A stretch of 64,000 nt of DNA from Marsupella aquatica (taxonomy: Eukaryota > Plantae > Marchantiophyta), in contig OZ316894.1 in NCBI GenBank assembly GCA_973895155.1, positions 12,068,828-12,132,827 on the forward strand, given 5' to 3'. The notes under the pieces were generated by a model. It searched no databases, had not been told where the DNA came from, and saw only the letters and a list, made by a program, of their open reading frames with translations. Position 1 is the stretch's first letter. Every line of letters begins with the position of its first letter. This document shows, in pieces, positions 49,751 through 62,439 of this stretch. The position numbers were made by a program, and so were the translations under genes.

Positions 49751-50768
49751 AAGAAAACAAACCAAAAGCCAGCGAAAACAAATGATGCTCACCGTGGACG
49801 GGGCCGTCGCCGACGGCGCCAGGGAGGGAACAAGTTCAATCAGGGGCGGCCATGAAGAAATCGCCGAATGGCGCAATATCAGCACCTCTCTTTGTTCTCG
49901 TTATTATTATCAAAACGACTTCGTGTCCAGAGGTCTCGCCATCCCACCTGGAGCACCGACTCCCCAATCCCCATTGATCGAGTCCGATTGAGAACGAGAT
50001 GCGTGACTGCGTCCCTCCTCGAGCACCTTTACACTCGAGCTCCGCGTGCAACAACACAATCGCCGATTCGCCGGCGTCGCAACAGACTACAGTGCTTTCC
50101 CGCTAAATGTCGTGCTGGTGCTGCTGGCTGCTGCTACAAGCTTACAAGTTACAACTTGCTAGAGGAGAGCCTGCCTAGTGCCTACACTACTAGAGTGTGA
50201 TTGCGAGATTAGCGCAGGTGGGCCGCAATGTCCGCAGGTCCAGACTTCGGAGGCCGAGAAAAGTTGGGCCAAATTGTCAACATGGACCCAATAATTTGGG
50301 ACACTACATACACCACTGTACTTGACGGAGGGAGCGGGTTGACTGTTTAGGAAGTGCCACGAAGGGAATCGAAGGAGACGAACAAGATCACAAGCAAATC
50401 CCTTCGGGGATATAATTATGCATTTCAGCAGAAGAAGGAATAGAAAACGACATAGATACATAGGAAGGAGGGAGCGAAATTCTGGACGATGGTTCCTGGA
50501 GAACTCATTTATGGCTCTATGGAGGTCCCACCAAGGGCCCACTCCCATCTCTTATATTCTCTTACCACATCACCAATTTACTTGAGTGAATTCATTTCAC
50601 GTTAGGTCCTCTCCTCCATGAGCAACAGACTGATGTGTCCTCTCCTCCATGAGCAACAGACTGATGTGTCAAACAACAGACTGAATGTGGAGGAATTTGA
50701 TACCAAACTCACTTCTGTCCTGCTAACCCTCCATTAACCCAAATGAATTACTGGACTATCTAAACCAG

Positions 50769-51082
50769 CAGTATTTATTTTTTAAGGATTTTACTTTCAG
50801 CCAGAGTGGCAAATGTATTTATTTTTTAAGGATTTTACTTTTTGGCCAAAGTGGCAAATGTAAAGTGTGTGAGAGAATATGTTCAAAAGATTCCCTCTTC
50901 AATTATTTTTTAGGGTCAGATCTCCCTAGATTTAAGGCTGACAGTTAGATTTTGGCTAATCGGGCTTGTGATTAGGTGAAACACTGGCTAATCATATAGA
51001 AAAATAGTAGCTAATTTTAGCCAAAGTGGCTAAAGATTTTTGGGAGGTGGAATTTGGCTAATTCTGATCTAAACAACCCCTG
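50769..51082 (-). mobile_element. hAT-like MITE, inverted homologue of 57622-57860
   Basis: Reverse-complement similarity (TTTTAAGGATTT...GGCCAA.GTGGC.AATGTAAAGTGTG...CAAAAGATTC); ends CAGTATT / AACCCCTG; no TSD seen. Confidence 0.7.
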
Positions 51083-53224
51083 CAGGCCTGCACCCCAACC
51101 AGCACACACTATCCAGTATCCATCCCACATGAGGGCGAATACAAGAGGAGGAGAGGGCGAGGCGAGGTGAGCCTGGAGAATATGATTGTATGAGGCGATT
51201 GTCAAAAGTTTCAGGATCCCATTTGATTGTCAAACTTGCGTCAATGAAAGGAGGCTCAAGAATCTTGTTTAAACAGCACGTGTGTTGCAGAAAAAATCTA
51301 GTAGACTTAGTGAAGTGCAGGTGTGCAGACGGCTTTCCAAAATGCAATGTGAGGCAATTATGTTGCATGCAGATTACTATTACAATTAGAAGTATTCTGA
51401 AGTTGGATTTTTAGGGCAAGAAAAACCATTCCCCTGGCCACAGTACTTTTCAAAGGAAAATAAAATAAAAGCAAGAAATTAATGAGCCCCTTTAGAAGTT
51501 ACCTGGATACCAAAGAGGTTTACTTTGGTCAAATGTCAGAATGTCCAATAAGTTCAAGCCACAGAGAATGCCTAGCATAATAGTTGAACACTAAAGCACT
51601 TAGCAAGCTCACCCTACCTCAGCTCACTCACTCACTTGCCCAGGATTGTTCAGCACACATCTCTATTCAAAACCTTTGCTCAAATAGAATTTCCAAGTTT
51701 AGATATGATTATGAAATTATGAGCCAACGAGCCCCATGCCAGTGCGTTGCACTATGCAAGGAGGGCAGGCTCATAGGGAGTCGGGCAGGGGCATTTATGG
51801 AGCAGTGGGAAGCACATATGTGCCAGGGGTGCACATTTCTTCCATCAATGGTCAGGGAAAACAGATAATCAAATCCAATGGCTGTGGATCTTTCCCCCAC
51901 CGCCCAGGAGCTTTTTTGTATTGGGACGAAGGACCAAAAAAGGTGGGATCCCTTATCATAGTTGTAGATATGAGCTCAAAACTTGCCACCATTGCTCAGG
52001 AAATATAGAGATGACACAAAGAAACGTAGATGAAGAAAGGAAGTTGTTGAGACACCTTATGTGTAACACATGCAAGAAAATCAGTGAAGCATGGAAGTGT
52101 TGTCAAGGGAAGGAAATCATTAAGGAAAGGAAGTTTGTGGAGGCAAGGTCAACTTTGAGCCCAATGCCTCTATGTTGCATAGCCATATTTCATTGGAACT
52201 GTGTTGTCATTGTGTCTGGGTTGACACGGGGGTTAGCAGTGCAATCTTGTTGTCATTGTGGAAATCAATTGCCATTGCAATTGGGTTGTCATTGTGGCTG
52301 TGATTGTACTTATTGTGGTTCCAACTATTTATGTACATCATCTATGCTGTAATGTTGTGGTTATGGCCATGTCATGATTTTAGTTGGGTGGGTGTTTAAA
52401 AATGTTATCATTTTGGATGCTGTCGATGCAAAAAAGATGTTGTTGAGGATTGAGAGAAATTGAGGGCACAGTGGATGGAGCAAGTGCAACTGCTGCTGCA
52501 ATGCAAAGAGGGAGAGGTTTTTCATTTTCCCCCTTTTCCCTCTGACTGTCCTCTGCCCTCTCCCCTCTCCCTTCCCTTTCTCTCCTCCCCCTCCCGCCCC
52601 TGCCCTCCCTGAGAGTTCATATTATAGAGGCAGAGGTGGGAGGGCATGTGCAATAGGGACCCAGAGGAGCAAGGGTTGCAGGGGCAAGGACAGAGAGGAC
52701 ATGTAAGAGTTGAGGGTGAGCGATTGACTCCAAATGGCACCCAAGCACTGGGTTGCAGGTAGGGAGACCATTGTGTGCCAGCTAGGGTGCAATGCTGGGT
52801 GGAAGATGGTCGCTCGCGGCTTGCTTGTTCTGTACTAGCAATGTTTTTGAGATTGGACCATCTAGAAAACTCAAAGAAAGAATTGGATGACCAAAGTTTA
52901 ATCCCACCTTGTCAAGAACTATAATACAAGGTCCCGTTCTTTTATAGAATGGTAGCCTTTTAAGTTTGTAGGGCCCAAAATAGAAACAATGACAAAGAGA
53001 AGGAATAAACAGAAAATTAATTATATTTAGCGTGAAGGGAAAAAGTGACACTGTTTTCTAAGCAAGAAATGTGGCTCCCAATGCACCAGAGTCCTTTTGG
53101 TACCATCCATGCATATAATAAAGTGTTATTCCCTCTACCATTTTTATCACTACAATACTCTATCCCTAATCAAAAAGTGAGAACCAATTTTTGACCTTTC
53201 ATCAAAACATTATTTTTTAACACC

Positions 53225-54466
53225 TTTAGATGTATCTGTATACCCATCTAAATTAGTTCGTGGACCCCTTGGCTAATTGAGAAGTCTTCTTTTCTCCTTG
53301 CTTTTCTCAACAACAAACCCTAAGCTTTCTAGTAGCTGAGTCATGTTTGTAGAAGATGTGTCGCCCTATTTGTCAATGTACTTTCAAATAATTGGAAATT
53401 CTGGAGATTTTACTGCAGTCCGACTTTGGCAAGTTTTGAATTAGAGGTTAATAGCCTCATCACCTTAACGCAACTATTCACCAAATGGAGAAGGGTAGAG
53501 CTTAAGCTTAGAGAAGAGAAGAGAGAAGTTTGATTAGGAAGGGAAGCTGGTAGTCATGTTGTGTTGGACAAGTATGATAGATTTTATAGTTTGTATTGTT
53601 TAGATTAGATTTTCTCACAAAATCATGGTGGACCCATTCAATGATGGCCTGAGCAGTTTGGCATTCCTTCAACTGCAACAGTTTGCAGGCCGGAGTCGAC
53701 ACCACGGTTATCACAAGCAGTTGTCACAATCATGTCTTTTGGCTACATGCAACCAAATTCTCAAGCTAAGAGAGTCAGAATTCAATCCGTGGCAAGTCCA
53801 TTTGAAATTAGATGAATGTCTGATCAAATGAATTGTATCAGTTTGTTGAGTTCAAGTTCAGATCGTAGCTGGCAGTTTGGCATTCCTTCCACTGCCATAG
53901 GAATACTTTGCTTTGCAGGCTGGACGGCGTGGTTATCAAGCTAAGAGTCAAAATTCAATCCGTAGCAAGTGCAATTGAAACCAGATCAATGTCTATTCAA
54001 TCAAATACTTGTTTCAGTTCGTTGAGTTCAAGTTTGAACCATGGCTACCAGTTTACCTTAATTGCAAAGGGCCAAAAATCTTACTCCAGGTGCCAATTAC
54101 CCTTTAACATTCAAGGAAGTTATCAAGTTAGTTATTAGTCACTATTTATTATATAAACAATACTTTTTAAATCTTTGAATTTAAGTTTTAAAATTAGATA
54201 CGTAACTAAAATGGTTACATAGTGAAAACGGTTACATAGTGACAATTTTACATCTTGCTCTTTGCATTTCTAATTTTTTACTTTTCTTTTTATGGCATGG
54301 CGTCCCAAAATTTACACCCAAATTGAGACAAACACGAATTAAAACTATAAGTTTGATTTATAAGTTTGATTCACAAAATTGATGAGTCTTGTTTGTTGCA
54401 GTTGTTGTTGACGTGACACATTATGGTGCCAAGAATTTTGGAAGGGACCTCTCATGGGGTTCGTAA
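53225..54466. mobile_element. Putative non-autonomous element, copy B
   Basis: AATTAGTTCGTGGACCCCTTGGCTAAT at 53251; 54113-54466 homologous to 48227-48555; interior differs from copy A. Confidence 0.5.
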
Positions 54467-54819
54467 ATAAACATTTGTCCAAGATGCCCTTTAGCCTACC
54501 TGAACCTGCCCAAGATGCAGAGCTTAATTAAAAGACAATTAAATTGATTCATATTTAAATTTGGAAATTTGGAAAAATACATGGAAGATTTTGAAAAAAT
54601 TTCAATATAAATTATTTATTTTCCAAAAAAATTAAAGTTAAAAAATATTTTTTCCTCTCACTCGATTGTGCTTGGACTCTATGATACGGTGGCCCTATCT
54701 CGAGTCTCAAATTCCTATCTGCAATGGATGGGTTTTTGAACACGATCACAAAAGTACATGACAAGGATCACACATAACATGTCTTGATTATTACATTGTA
54801 AAACTTATAATTTCCTGTC

Positions 54820-55270
54820 TTGCCTTGACATTTTTTCTCACCTTCATATATTTTTATAATTTTCACATATTTATCTCTCCTTGACATCTTTTTCTTGCTT
54901 TGTCATATTTTTTTTCATTTGGCCATCTTTTCTCATAATGACATCTTTATTTTACCACACCATTTTATTTTCACTTTTTCTTTCCTTGACATTTTTTCTC
55001 ATCTTGACATCAAATTCTTATCTTTTCTCATCTTGCTATCTTTTTCTCATCTTGACATTTTTATCTCACCACGACATCTTTCCCTCACCCTGAATATCTT
55101 TTCTCTCCTTTACACCTTTAATCCTCATCTTGAAATCTTTTTCTCACATTGCCATATTTTCTATTCTCAATGTTATTTTCTCACATCAATTTCCTTTTCT
55201 CACCTAGGTATTTTTTCCTCTTATCAACATCTTTTTCTCATCTTGATATATTTTCTAACCTCAGCATCTT
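54820..55270. repeat. Degenerate pyrimidine-rich short-unit array (TTTTCTCATCTTGACAT-like)
   Basis: Direct observation; explains the F/S/L/H-rich spurious ORFs here. Confidence 0.75.
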
Positions 55271-55748
55271 TTGTGCAATGCACAAGTATTCGGCTAGTTC
55301 AATTCATAATTTAATTTACATGGAGACTAAATATGTTATGATACTAATTAGTTGTAATTGAGACACTAGCTTTGGGGGATTGTCAACCAGCTGTTGAAGA
55401 TTTGAATATGAACTCTTTTGAACATCTGCTTTGTAGACTAGACACATCATCTAGGTGGGCCTCCTATAATCACACATCAAGTAATATATGATGTGCACTC
55501 ACACACACTCAGGATGTGCACTCACTGATTTAAGGAAAATGATTGAAGTTTATCTTGGTATGGAATGGTCCCTTGACACTTACATGTCATATTTTGATGT
55601 GCAACTACCTCCACAAGCTCTGCCTTTGGTTTGTTGTCTCCAGGTTGTTCCCCATACAGTAGACTCACCCCATTTTTCAAATACAAAACACCTGTGTCAC
55701 TCATAGAGCTTTTGTGCGAATCAAGAGGCCAACATTGTCTATTTGTTG

Positions 55749-56792
55749 TGTCGGACAAATAGGAGGATTTGGGACGACAAATGACATATGTCGTCCCGGT
55801 CGATCCCGGACGGGTGACAGGGTCGGGCCAGGAGATCGGTTGGGGGGGGGGGTGGGATGGGTCGGGCCGGCCGGGAAAGGGAGAGCCGGGCCGGGAAGAA
55901 ATGTAGGGCCGGGAAGGGGAGAGCCGGGCCAGGAAAGGAGACCGGGCAGGGGAGGTAGGGAGGGCCGGGAAGAGAGGGGGGGCGGGAAGGGTGTTGAGCA
56001 TAGACGATGATCGCAACGGCAAGCCCATGAACCATCCAACGCACAATAGTCGACACAAGAGATACGTGGTTCACCTCCTTGAGGCTACGTCCACGGGAAC
56101 ACACAAGAGAGCTTTACTGAACTCTAAGACCGTCGGCTATACCGAGTCTCCACAGTGTAAGCTCTCCCTATCTCTCAAGTGGCTCCATAACAATGAGCCT
56201 TGGTTCTACCTCTCCAAGCACACATGCCTCTTATGATATAGTGTGCAACTTAGTTGTACCTAACCACATAGTTGTACCTAACCACATAGTTGTACCTAAT
56301 CACGTAGTTGTACCTAACCACGTAGTTGTACCAACCACGTCATACCTAACCTAGACGTAAGAGTAAATACCCAACAAAGGGGAGAGAGGGCCGGGAAGGG
56401 GAGGTAGGGCCGGGAAAGGAGGCCGGGCCGGGAAGAGATGTAGGGCCGGGAAGGGGAGGTAGGGAGGGCCGGGAAGGGAGGTAGGGCCGGGAATCGGAAG
56501 CTAGGCCGGAAGTGCAAGCCAGGCCGGGAAGGTCGGGACCCTAAACTGGGGCTGCCTCACTTAACCGGGGAAGTCCGGGACTCAGCCGGGAATTTTTTCG
56601 ACCGGGCTGGGAGGGTCGGGGCGGGGTGGGACTTGGCCAGGAGGGGTCGGGAGAATTCGAGACCGGGCCAAGTATGGGCCGGGAAGTTTTGGTCCCGGGC
56701 GGGGAATATAAAGGAATATTGGACAAATAGGCCGGTTTTGGGTGGACAAGTTATCATTTGTCATGTCTGACAACGACACATCTTGTCCTACA
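55749..56792. mobile_element. Unclassified G-rich element with GACAA-motif termini
   Basis: Ends TGTCGGACAA / TTGTCCTACA; ~45-bp imperfect direct repeat GGACAAATAGG...TTTGGG..GACAA at 55753 and 56721; interior of GGGCCGGGAAGG repeats; no TSD found. Confidence 0.5.
55992..56376. mobile_element. Solo LTR (Copia-like), 385 bp
   Basis: TGTTG...CAACA termini with exact 5-bp TSD AAGGG (55987-55991 and 56377-56381); GACACAAGAGATACGTGGTTC...CTACGTCCACGG motif typical of plant Copia LTRs read in reverse; internal ~18-bp tandem TAGTTGTACCTAACCAC(A/G). Confidence 0.9.
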
Positions 56793-57012
56793 GTGAAAAC
56801 CTGGCCTTCTTCTCTCCAGGCATGCTCAACAAGATGACACTGAATCCAGTCTTCTTTTTGGGGCTGATTAGTTTCAAGCTTTACTCTGACACGCTCACTT
56901 TCCATTTCTTCTCCTATTGACACCTAACCAGTTGACCCTACTTGTTCATAGAGGGGTGACGAATTTTCCAATCCTTCACATGAAGATTCATGACATTTCC
57001 GTGAGCAGTCGT

Positions 57013-57312
57013 CAAAGTCAAGAAACTTGTACTGTCTTGCGAGGCATCCTTCCGTGCTTGAATCCTTTCGTGATTTAGAAAATAGTCTCCTCAAAACGGA
57101 AAGAGTATGTTGTACAGTACTAATTGGTCGAGAAAGTCAAGAAACTTGTACTGTCTTGCGCGGCATCCTTCCGTGGTTGAATATATTTTCGTGAATTTAG
57201 AAAACAGTCTCCTCAAAAACAGAAAGAGGATGTTGTACAGTACTAATCCTTTCGTTGATTTTAGAAAACAGTCTCCTCAAAAACGGAAAGAGGATGTTGT
57301 ACAGTACTAATT
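57013..57312. repeat. Nested tandem duplications (~120-bp and ~65-bp units)
   Basis: AAAGTCAAGAAACTTGTACTGTCTTGCG twice; TTTAGAAAA.AGTCTCCTCAAAA...ATGTTGTACAGTACTAAT three times. Confidence 0.85.
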
Positions 57313-57621
57313 CTTCTCTCCAGATGGAATCCTACCGGTCCACTCTCAAATCGACGATTTAGATTACCTCTCCATGATCCTCATCCACTTTAGCATCTTT
57401 GACTGGACAGTTCTTATTAGAGGCGTCACATTCAGTTGAATTAAAAGACACATTATTTATTTGAAGCTGTTGATATGGAACTGAGGATCCGCCATCTGTC
57501 CATCTACACTGCTCTCTGAAATGGGTGACCCGAGCTCTGAGATCTTCCACAACAGCGATTACGACAATCAATTTCAAAAGGATCGAAGGTTGAAAGTTTG
57601 CAACCAATCAAACGTTACAGG

Positions 57622-57860
57622 CAGGGTTTTTTTTAGTGGCGAAAATTAGCTAGATTCCACTTCCCCAAAAATATTTCGCCACTTTTGGCTAAAATTGGCT
57701 ACTTTTTTCTGTCTCACTAGCCAGTGTTCCACCTAACCCATTAGCCAGAATCTAACGGTCAGTAAAATAATTAAATACAGAATCTTTTGAGCATCTTCTC
57801 CTTGCCACACTTTACATTCGCCACCTTGGCCAAAATGTGAAATCCTTAAAAAATACACTG
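57622..57860. mobile_element. hAT MITE, 239 bp
   Basis: Imperfect TIRs CAGGGTTTTTTT / AAAAATACACTG with exact 8-bp TSD GTTACAGG (57614-57621 and 57861-57868). Confidence 0.9.
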
Positions 57861-58897
57861 GTTACAGGTGACCCTCAATCAGAATCGGTTATACCATGCC
57901 ATAACGCCTGTAGCTACCGTAGCCTGTCCAGAATTCTAGATTACGTTTCAAAAATTGACCGCCTCGTAGGTGTGGATGAGGTCATGATGAGGCAGTTCCA
58001 TTTCTACTGTTGTTCAAGAATCAAGGCTTCCCTGGGCATGGTATGGGCGGCTAAACCGCTTTAAACCCGCACACCTTAACGCACTACAGTAGGTCCGTTT
58101 ACTTGTTATCCCAACTGGAGACTAGAGCGGGTCCCACTTTCCAGTGCATCGAGCCAATCCAATTCTGTTACTTGAAAAATTACGGACTCCCGGTCGATAA
58201 TTCATAAAGCTGATGCAAGGTTAAACTTCTGAGTTTTACCGAATTCGCAGACATTCGATTTCTCGAGCTTCCTCTCCACATACAGGAGACTCGTGAGCTT
58301 CCTCGCCACATACAGGAGACGCGGACGGGGTGTCACAGGACGTTGTCGTAGGAGACGACCCCTGCAGCTAGTGCGGGAGGACCAATTCCGGAGAGAAGAC
58401 AGAGTCGTCGGTGTACGTGCCCCGCCTGCCAACGTTGTCGAGGTAGGCTTAGTGTCTGCGCATGTGGGAAGACTACCATCTAGGATGAACTTCTCTTTGT
58501 GTCTGTGATGTAATTTGTTTGGGAGGGCACGATCTGAATATTGTCGCCCTGAGCTACGAGTTGTACATCCGCTGCGCGTACGTAGGTCAACTCTGTTGCA
58601 GCTGTTGTGATTTCTGCATCTTGCAAGTGCTATATATGCTTGTGTACCTCGCTAGTCCATGAGCACGGGGATGAACAGAGACGAGACCAATCGGAGCATC
58701 GTATCTGTTCGTACACGCGATTGTAAGTTTGTTTTAAACGCGTAACTAAGCCTAGCTAGCATTTGTCGTCTCGCCAACATTATCATATAAGTGTGCTCAT
58801 CTCGTTGTCCTTGGTGACAGGCTCGTTGGGCCTTAGAAATTACTATACGTCGACGGTCATTAAGCAAGAGAGAGATCGTGCTGAGCAGGGCATCACG

Positions 58898-60315
58898 ATG
58901 GCTGGAGCAGTGATTCAGACGAGGTTTTCCGCTGTGGCGGTGGTGGTGGTGGTTTTTGCACTCGGCGCAGCGCTGCCCATCGGAGTTGCGGCTAAGTTTG
59001 ATAGCAGGTGTCCGACGGGATTCGCAAACTTTGGAGACTCACTGACGGACACTGGCAACGCACTCAATGCGTTCCCTTATACTGGTGATGCAGAATTCTC
59101 ACCATACGGAGAGACCTTCTTCGGCAAGCCAGCCAAACGCTTCTCAAATGGGCGTCTCGTCCCCGACTTTTTTTCCCTGGCGTTCCGCAAGCCTCTTCTG
59201 GACGGCTACTTCGCCACTACTTCGTTCGATTACAAATACGGAATCAACTTGGCCGTGGCCGGAGCAACGTCTGCTCCGTTGGCGACTGCCATCGTACCGT
59301 ACTCCGTGAATCCGTTCCAAGTAGCCAACTTCATCAGGTTCAAAACCGCCGCGTCAAACACAAAACTGGAGGGGAGGCCTTGTGGAAATTTCGTTAAGGA
59401 TTTGCCCGCAAGAGATCCTTATTCGGGCTGGCTGTACACGATCGAATCCGGAGGTAATGATGTGCTGAATGGACTCGTAAACAATAGGTCAGTGGAATCG
59501 ATTATCAATACATTAATACCTGCAGCTCTAGGAAACATCTCCGTCGCAATCCAGACTCTCTACGCACAATCGGCGAGGAAATTCCTGGTTTTCAACGTTC
59601 CACCACAGGGCTGTTCCACCATCGTCCTCACCATATTGCAGGGGTCCGGCTTGCCGAAAGACAGCTTGGGCTGCATTACGAGCTTTAACCAGTTAGTCTC
59701 GGGATTCAACACTGGACTGAATCTCACCGTTCAGGCTTTGCGCAAAGCACTACCAGATGCTTCCATCGCTCTATTCGACTATTACAGTGCCAACCTGGAG
59801 ATACTAAAGAACCCTACTACCTACGGATTCAACCCCAACTTGACCACGACAGCATGCTGCGGAGCTCCTGGAGCCGGACCACTGAACTACAATCCGCTTA
59901 TCACATGCGGCCACCCACAAAACGGCTCCAACATCTGCTCCAACCCGAACGAATACGTCAACTGGGATGGTACGAGATCTTGTATTGTCTTGTCAATTTT
60001 ACTTCCACTGGACATGTCTGAGTTGTTCATTCTGTCTGAAGTCATCTCAGGCAGGATCGATTGGGACATCTATTCTCGATCTGTGAATACCGTCATATCT
60101 GGGGCATTCTAAAACCTTGTTCTATGATTTTGTTTTCAGGTATTCATTTCACCGAGCAATTTTACCGGACGATTTCGGTGTTTGCTTTGAGTGGCAAGTT
60201 CACCGACGAACCCGTCTATTATAGTAACATCTGCAATCTTGACTTTTCCAAGTTCGGCTCTAAAGTGAAATTGCAGCAAGCCTATCCTTATCAGTGCAAC
60301 AACCTATTTGGTTGA
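58898..60315 (+). CDS. Secreted GDSL/SGNH esterase-lipase
   Basis: Exons 58898-59969 and 60140-60315. Signal-peptide-like N-terminus; blocks FGDSLTDTGN, RFSNG, GGND, ACCG and WDG|IHFTE completed across the intron. Confidence 0.94.
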
Positions 60316-62439
60316 TCGAGTTGTACCAGTCAGAGTGCAACATAATAATTGGGAGGAGCTCAACTCCTCTGTTGAGAACTTACCGTTGTTTCTAAGAGTA
60401 GTCTAGAAATTTGCAATTCCCACACGCGGTCAAGTAGTGACTCGGTGGATTTTGAGAAAATGAATTCAATTCTAAATTCGTCTCCTGTGCACGATTGTGC
60501 ATTACATCGTCGATTCAGTTTTCGAGCTCTGAAGATCTGCTCTCGGACTCAGATCGCTTTCAATTGTCACGATTTCTTCTATGGTGGTATTTGCTCAGTC
60601 CACACCCTCCCCGCCCGAAGCAATGTGATGCGGAGCCAAGCGCGTGCACGGCATTGTCTGCCTGTTCCGCATGTGCACTGATTTCTCTCCGTTTCGGTTG
60701 TAGGGAAGCTTTATGAAAATATATCCTGTTAATTTAATGTTTTCTTACTGAAAGGTCCGATCGAAACAGTAACTAGAGCCCTGTCCACTCTTGTTGGTCA
60801 CAAATGCTGCATACATGGAGACGTCCGCGATCCGGGAGTCCTGTTTAATTGCGGGTCATCTGTTTCCAAGAGGTTGATAAGATGACCTCTAGCTCACATG
60901 TCCGGTTCTCACAGCACTTCACCTGGGAGAACTCATTATTGCAGGTCATGTCTGTCGTGACTCTGGAAGGAACAATCGACGGAATGGTCGCTTACGTCGA
61001 AGTGGCAGGATGCAGCTGTAAAAGTTTCGGACATTAATTGCAAGATGAGGATTTTTCGGCTTTGACAGCTTTCTCCCACTGTGGATCGCTTAATTAAAGC
61101 TCTTGTGACAACTATTCTCGTGCGCCAAATTGAATTCAAACTGCATAGTTTAAACAAGCCTCTGAGAAAACTGGATGCGTAGGGTCCCTGGTGAAATGTA
61201 GCAATGCTTTGCTTGCTGTAGTGCTCGTGAACAGGAGTTGCGTTGGTGAGGGCATTGATTACGTCGATCGGGTCTCGTCGTTGCAACAAGACAGTACTTA
61301 TGATCTTTCGTCGGCAACTATTTTGGGTAGAGTACGTGTCACCTCTGTTCTCAAGAGCACCTCCGATTGTAGAGATTCGTAGATCGTCGGATCTGCTTAT
61401 TGCTATAATTGTAGAACTTCGCCAGTCGTTGCCACCGGTGGCGTTCCGGTGGCTAGAGTAAGGGAGGGCCTGCCGACGAGTACTACGTATTTTGTGACAC
61501 ATGCGATCCTAGGAATCTATTTTTGCCTTGAAGCCGAAAGACGATCTTGCTCAAAGACACACGATCTTGCTCAAAGTCACACGCGGGGTCACACGCTGAG
61601 AGTCTTCTCGTACGTAGCATCGAAAATAGTCATTTGACTCCTGTAGACAAATACTGCCATGACTCCGGTCGATGGATTTGGCCTGTATCAATCGAAGAAA
61701 CGGACGTACGTCGCCGTTAATCGGACGTAATTTCATTGTCTACACGGAAGATTGACACGTACAGTGAGATACAGTCACTCGTAGCATCGGACGTAATTTC
61801 ATTGTCTACACGGAAGATTGACTTTGCCAACATGCAAATGTTGGCAATAATTGGCAACGGGCGAAATCGATTTTGTTCCACGGTACTCGTACTAGTATCA
61901 TTCAGAAGTAATTTGCTGCACCCATTTACTCAAGCGAATTTCTGTCGCGTATGATTAAGACAAGTTCCTGACCAGAATCTCGAGTCTATTGAAGATGAAG
62001 AAACTACCGTCGCACGAAAATTTGGGCCGAAGGTGAAGCATCAGATTTTGGCATCCCAGCATAATTACTCGTTCCGGTGGTTCAGGAAGGATTCTATATA
62101 TGCTCTCTCCACTAATTCCACCTCAGACGGGCTCGATCGATACAAAGCTTTTATGTATCGTTGACGAACTCTAGCTTACAGTGTGCAAACATCTAACTAG
62201 CTCGAAAGGCAACCGACGAGAGACGTTCGGCCCTTGAGCATCGGACACGGGTCTACAATCGGACAGGGTCGATCTCAAACTCCGTCCCGAACTCCGTTCA
62301 TGTTAGTGCTCACATTTGAATGACTAATTTAAGGAAAGAATGCTCGTAGGACCGATCTGAAGGGAATTCTTTCACAGATGTTCCTCAGGGAAAGCCTTCT
62401 TTCCCATGCAGTCAGTCACCGGAGCAGCCCTTCTGCGAA

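Noticed and set aside
51700-52000. Crypton-like tyrosine recombinase remnant on the minus strand (VASFEL/YLQL…LRPNTK…AIG)
   Set aside because: Needs several frameshifts and no HxxR or catalytic Tyr motif is recognisable; a frameshift-aware HMM search would be needed.
48227-54466. LTR retrotransposon defined by the ~330-bp direct repeats
   Set aside because: No TG…CA ends, TSD, PBS/PPT or gag-pol remnants between the repeats.
55522-56923. Pro/Gly/Arg-rich ORFs
   Set aside because: By-products of GC-rich repeats; they cross the LTR boundary.
60936-61502. 188-aa ORF on the minus strand
   Set aside because: No recognisable domain, random-like composition and no supporting exons.
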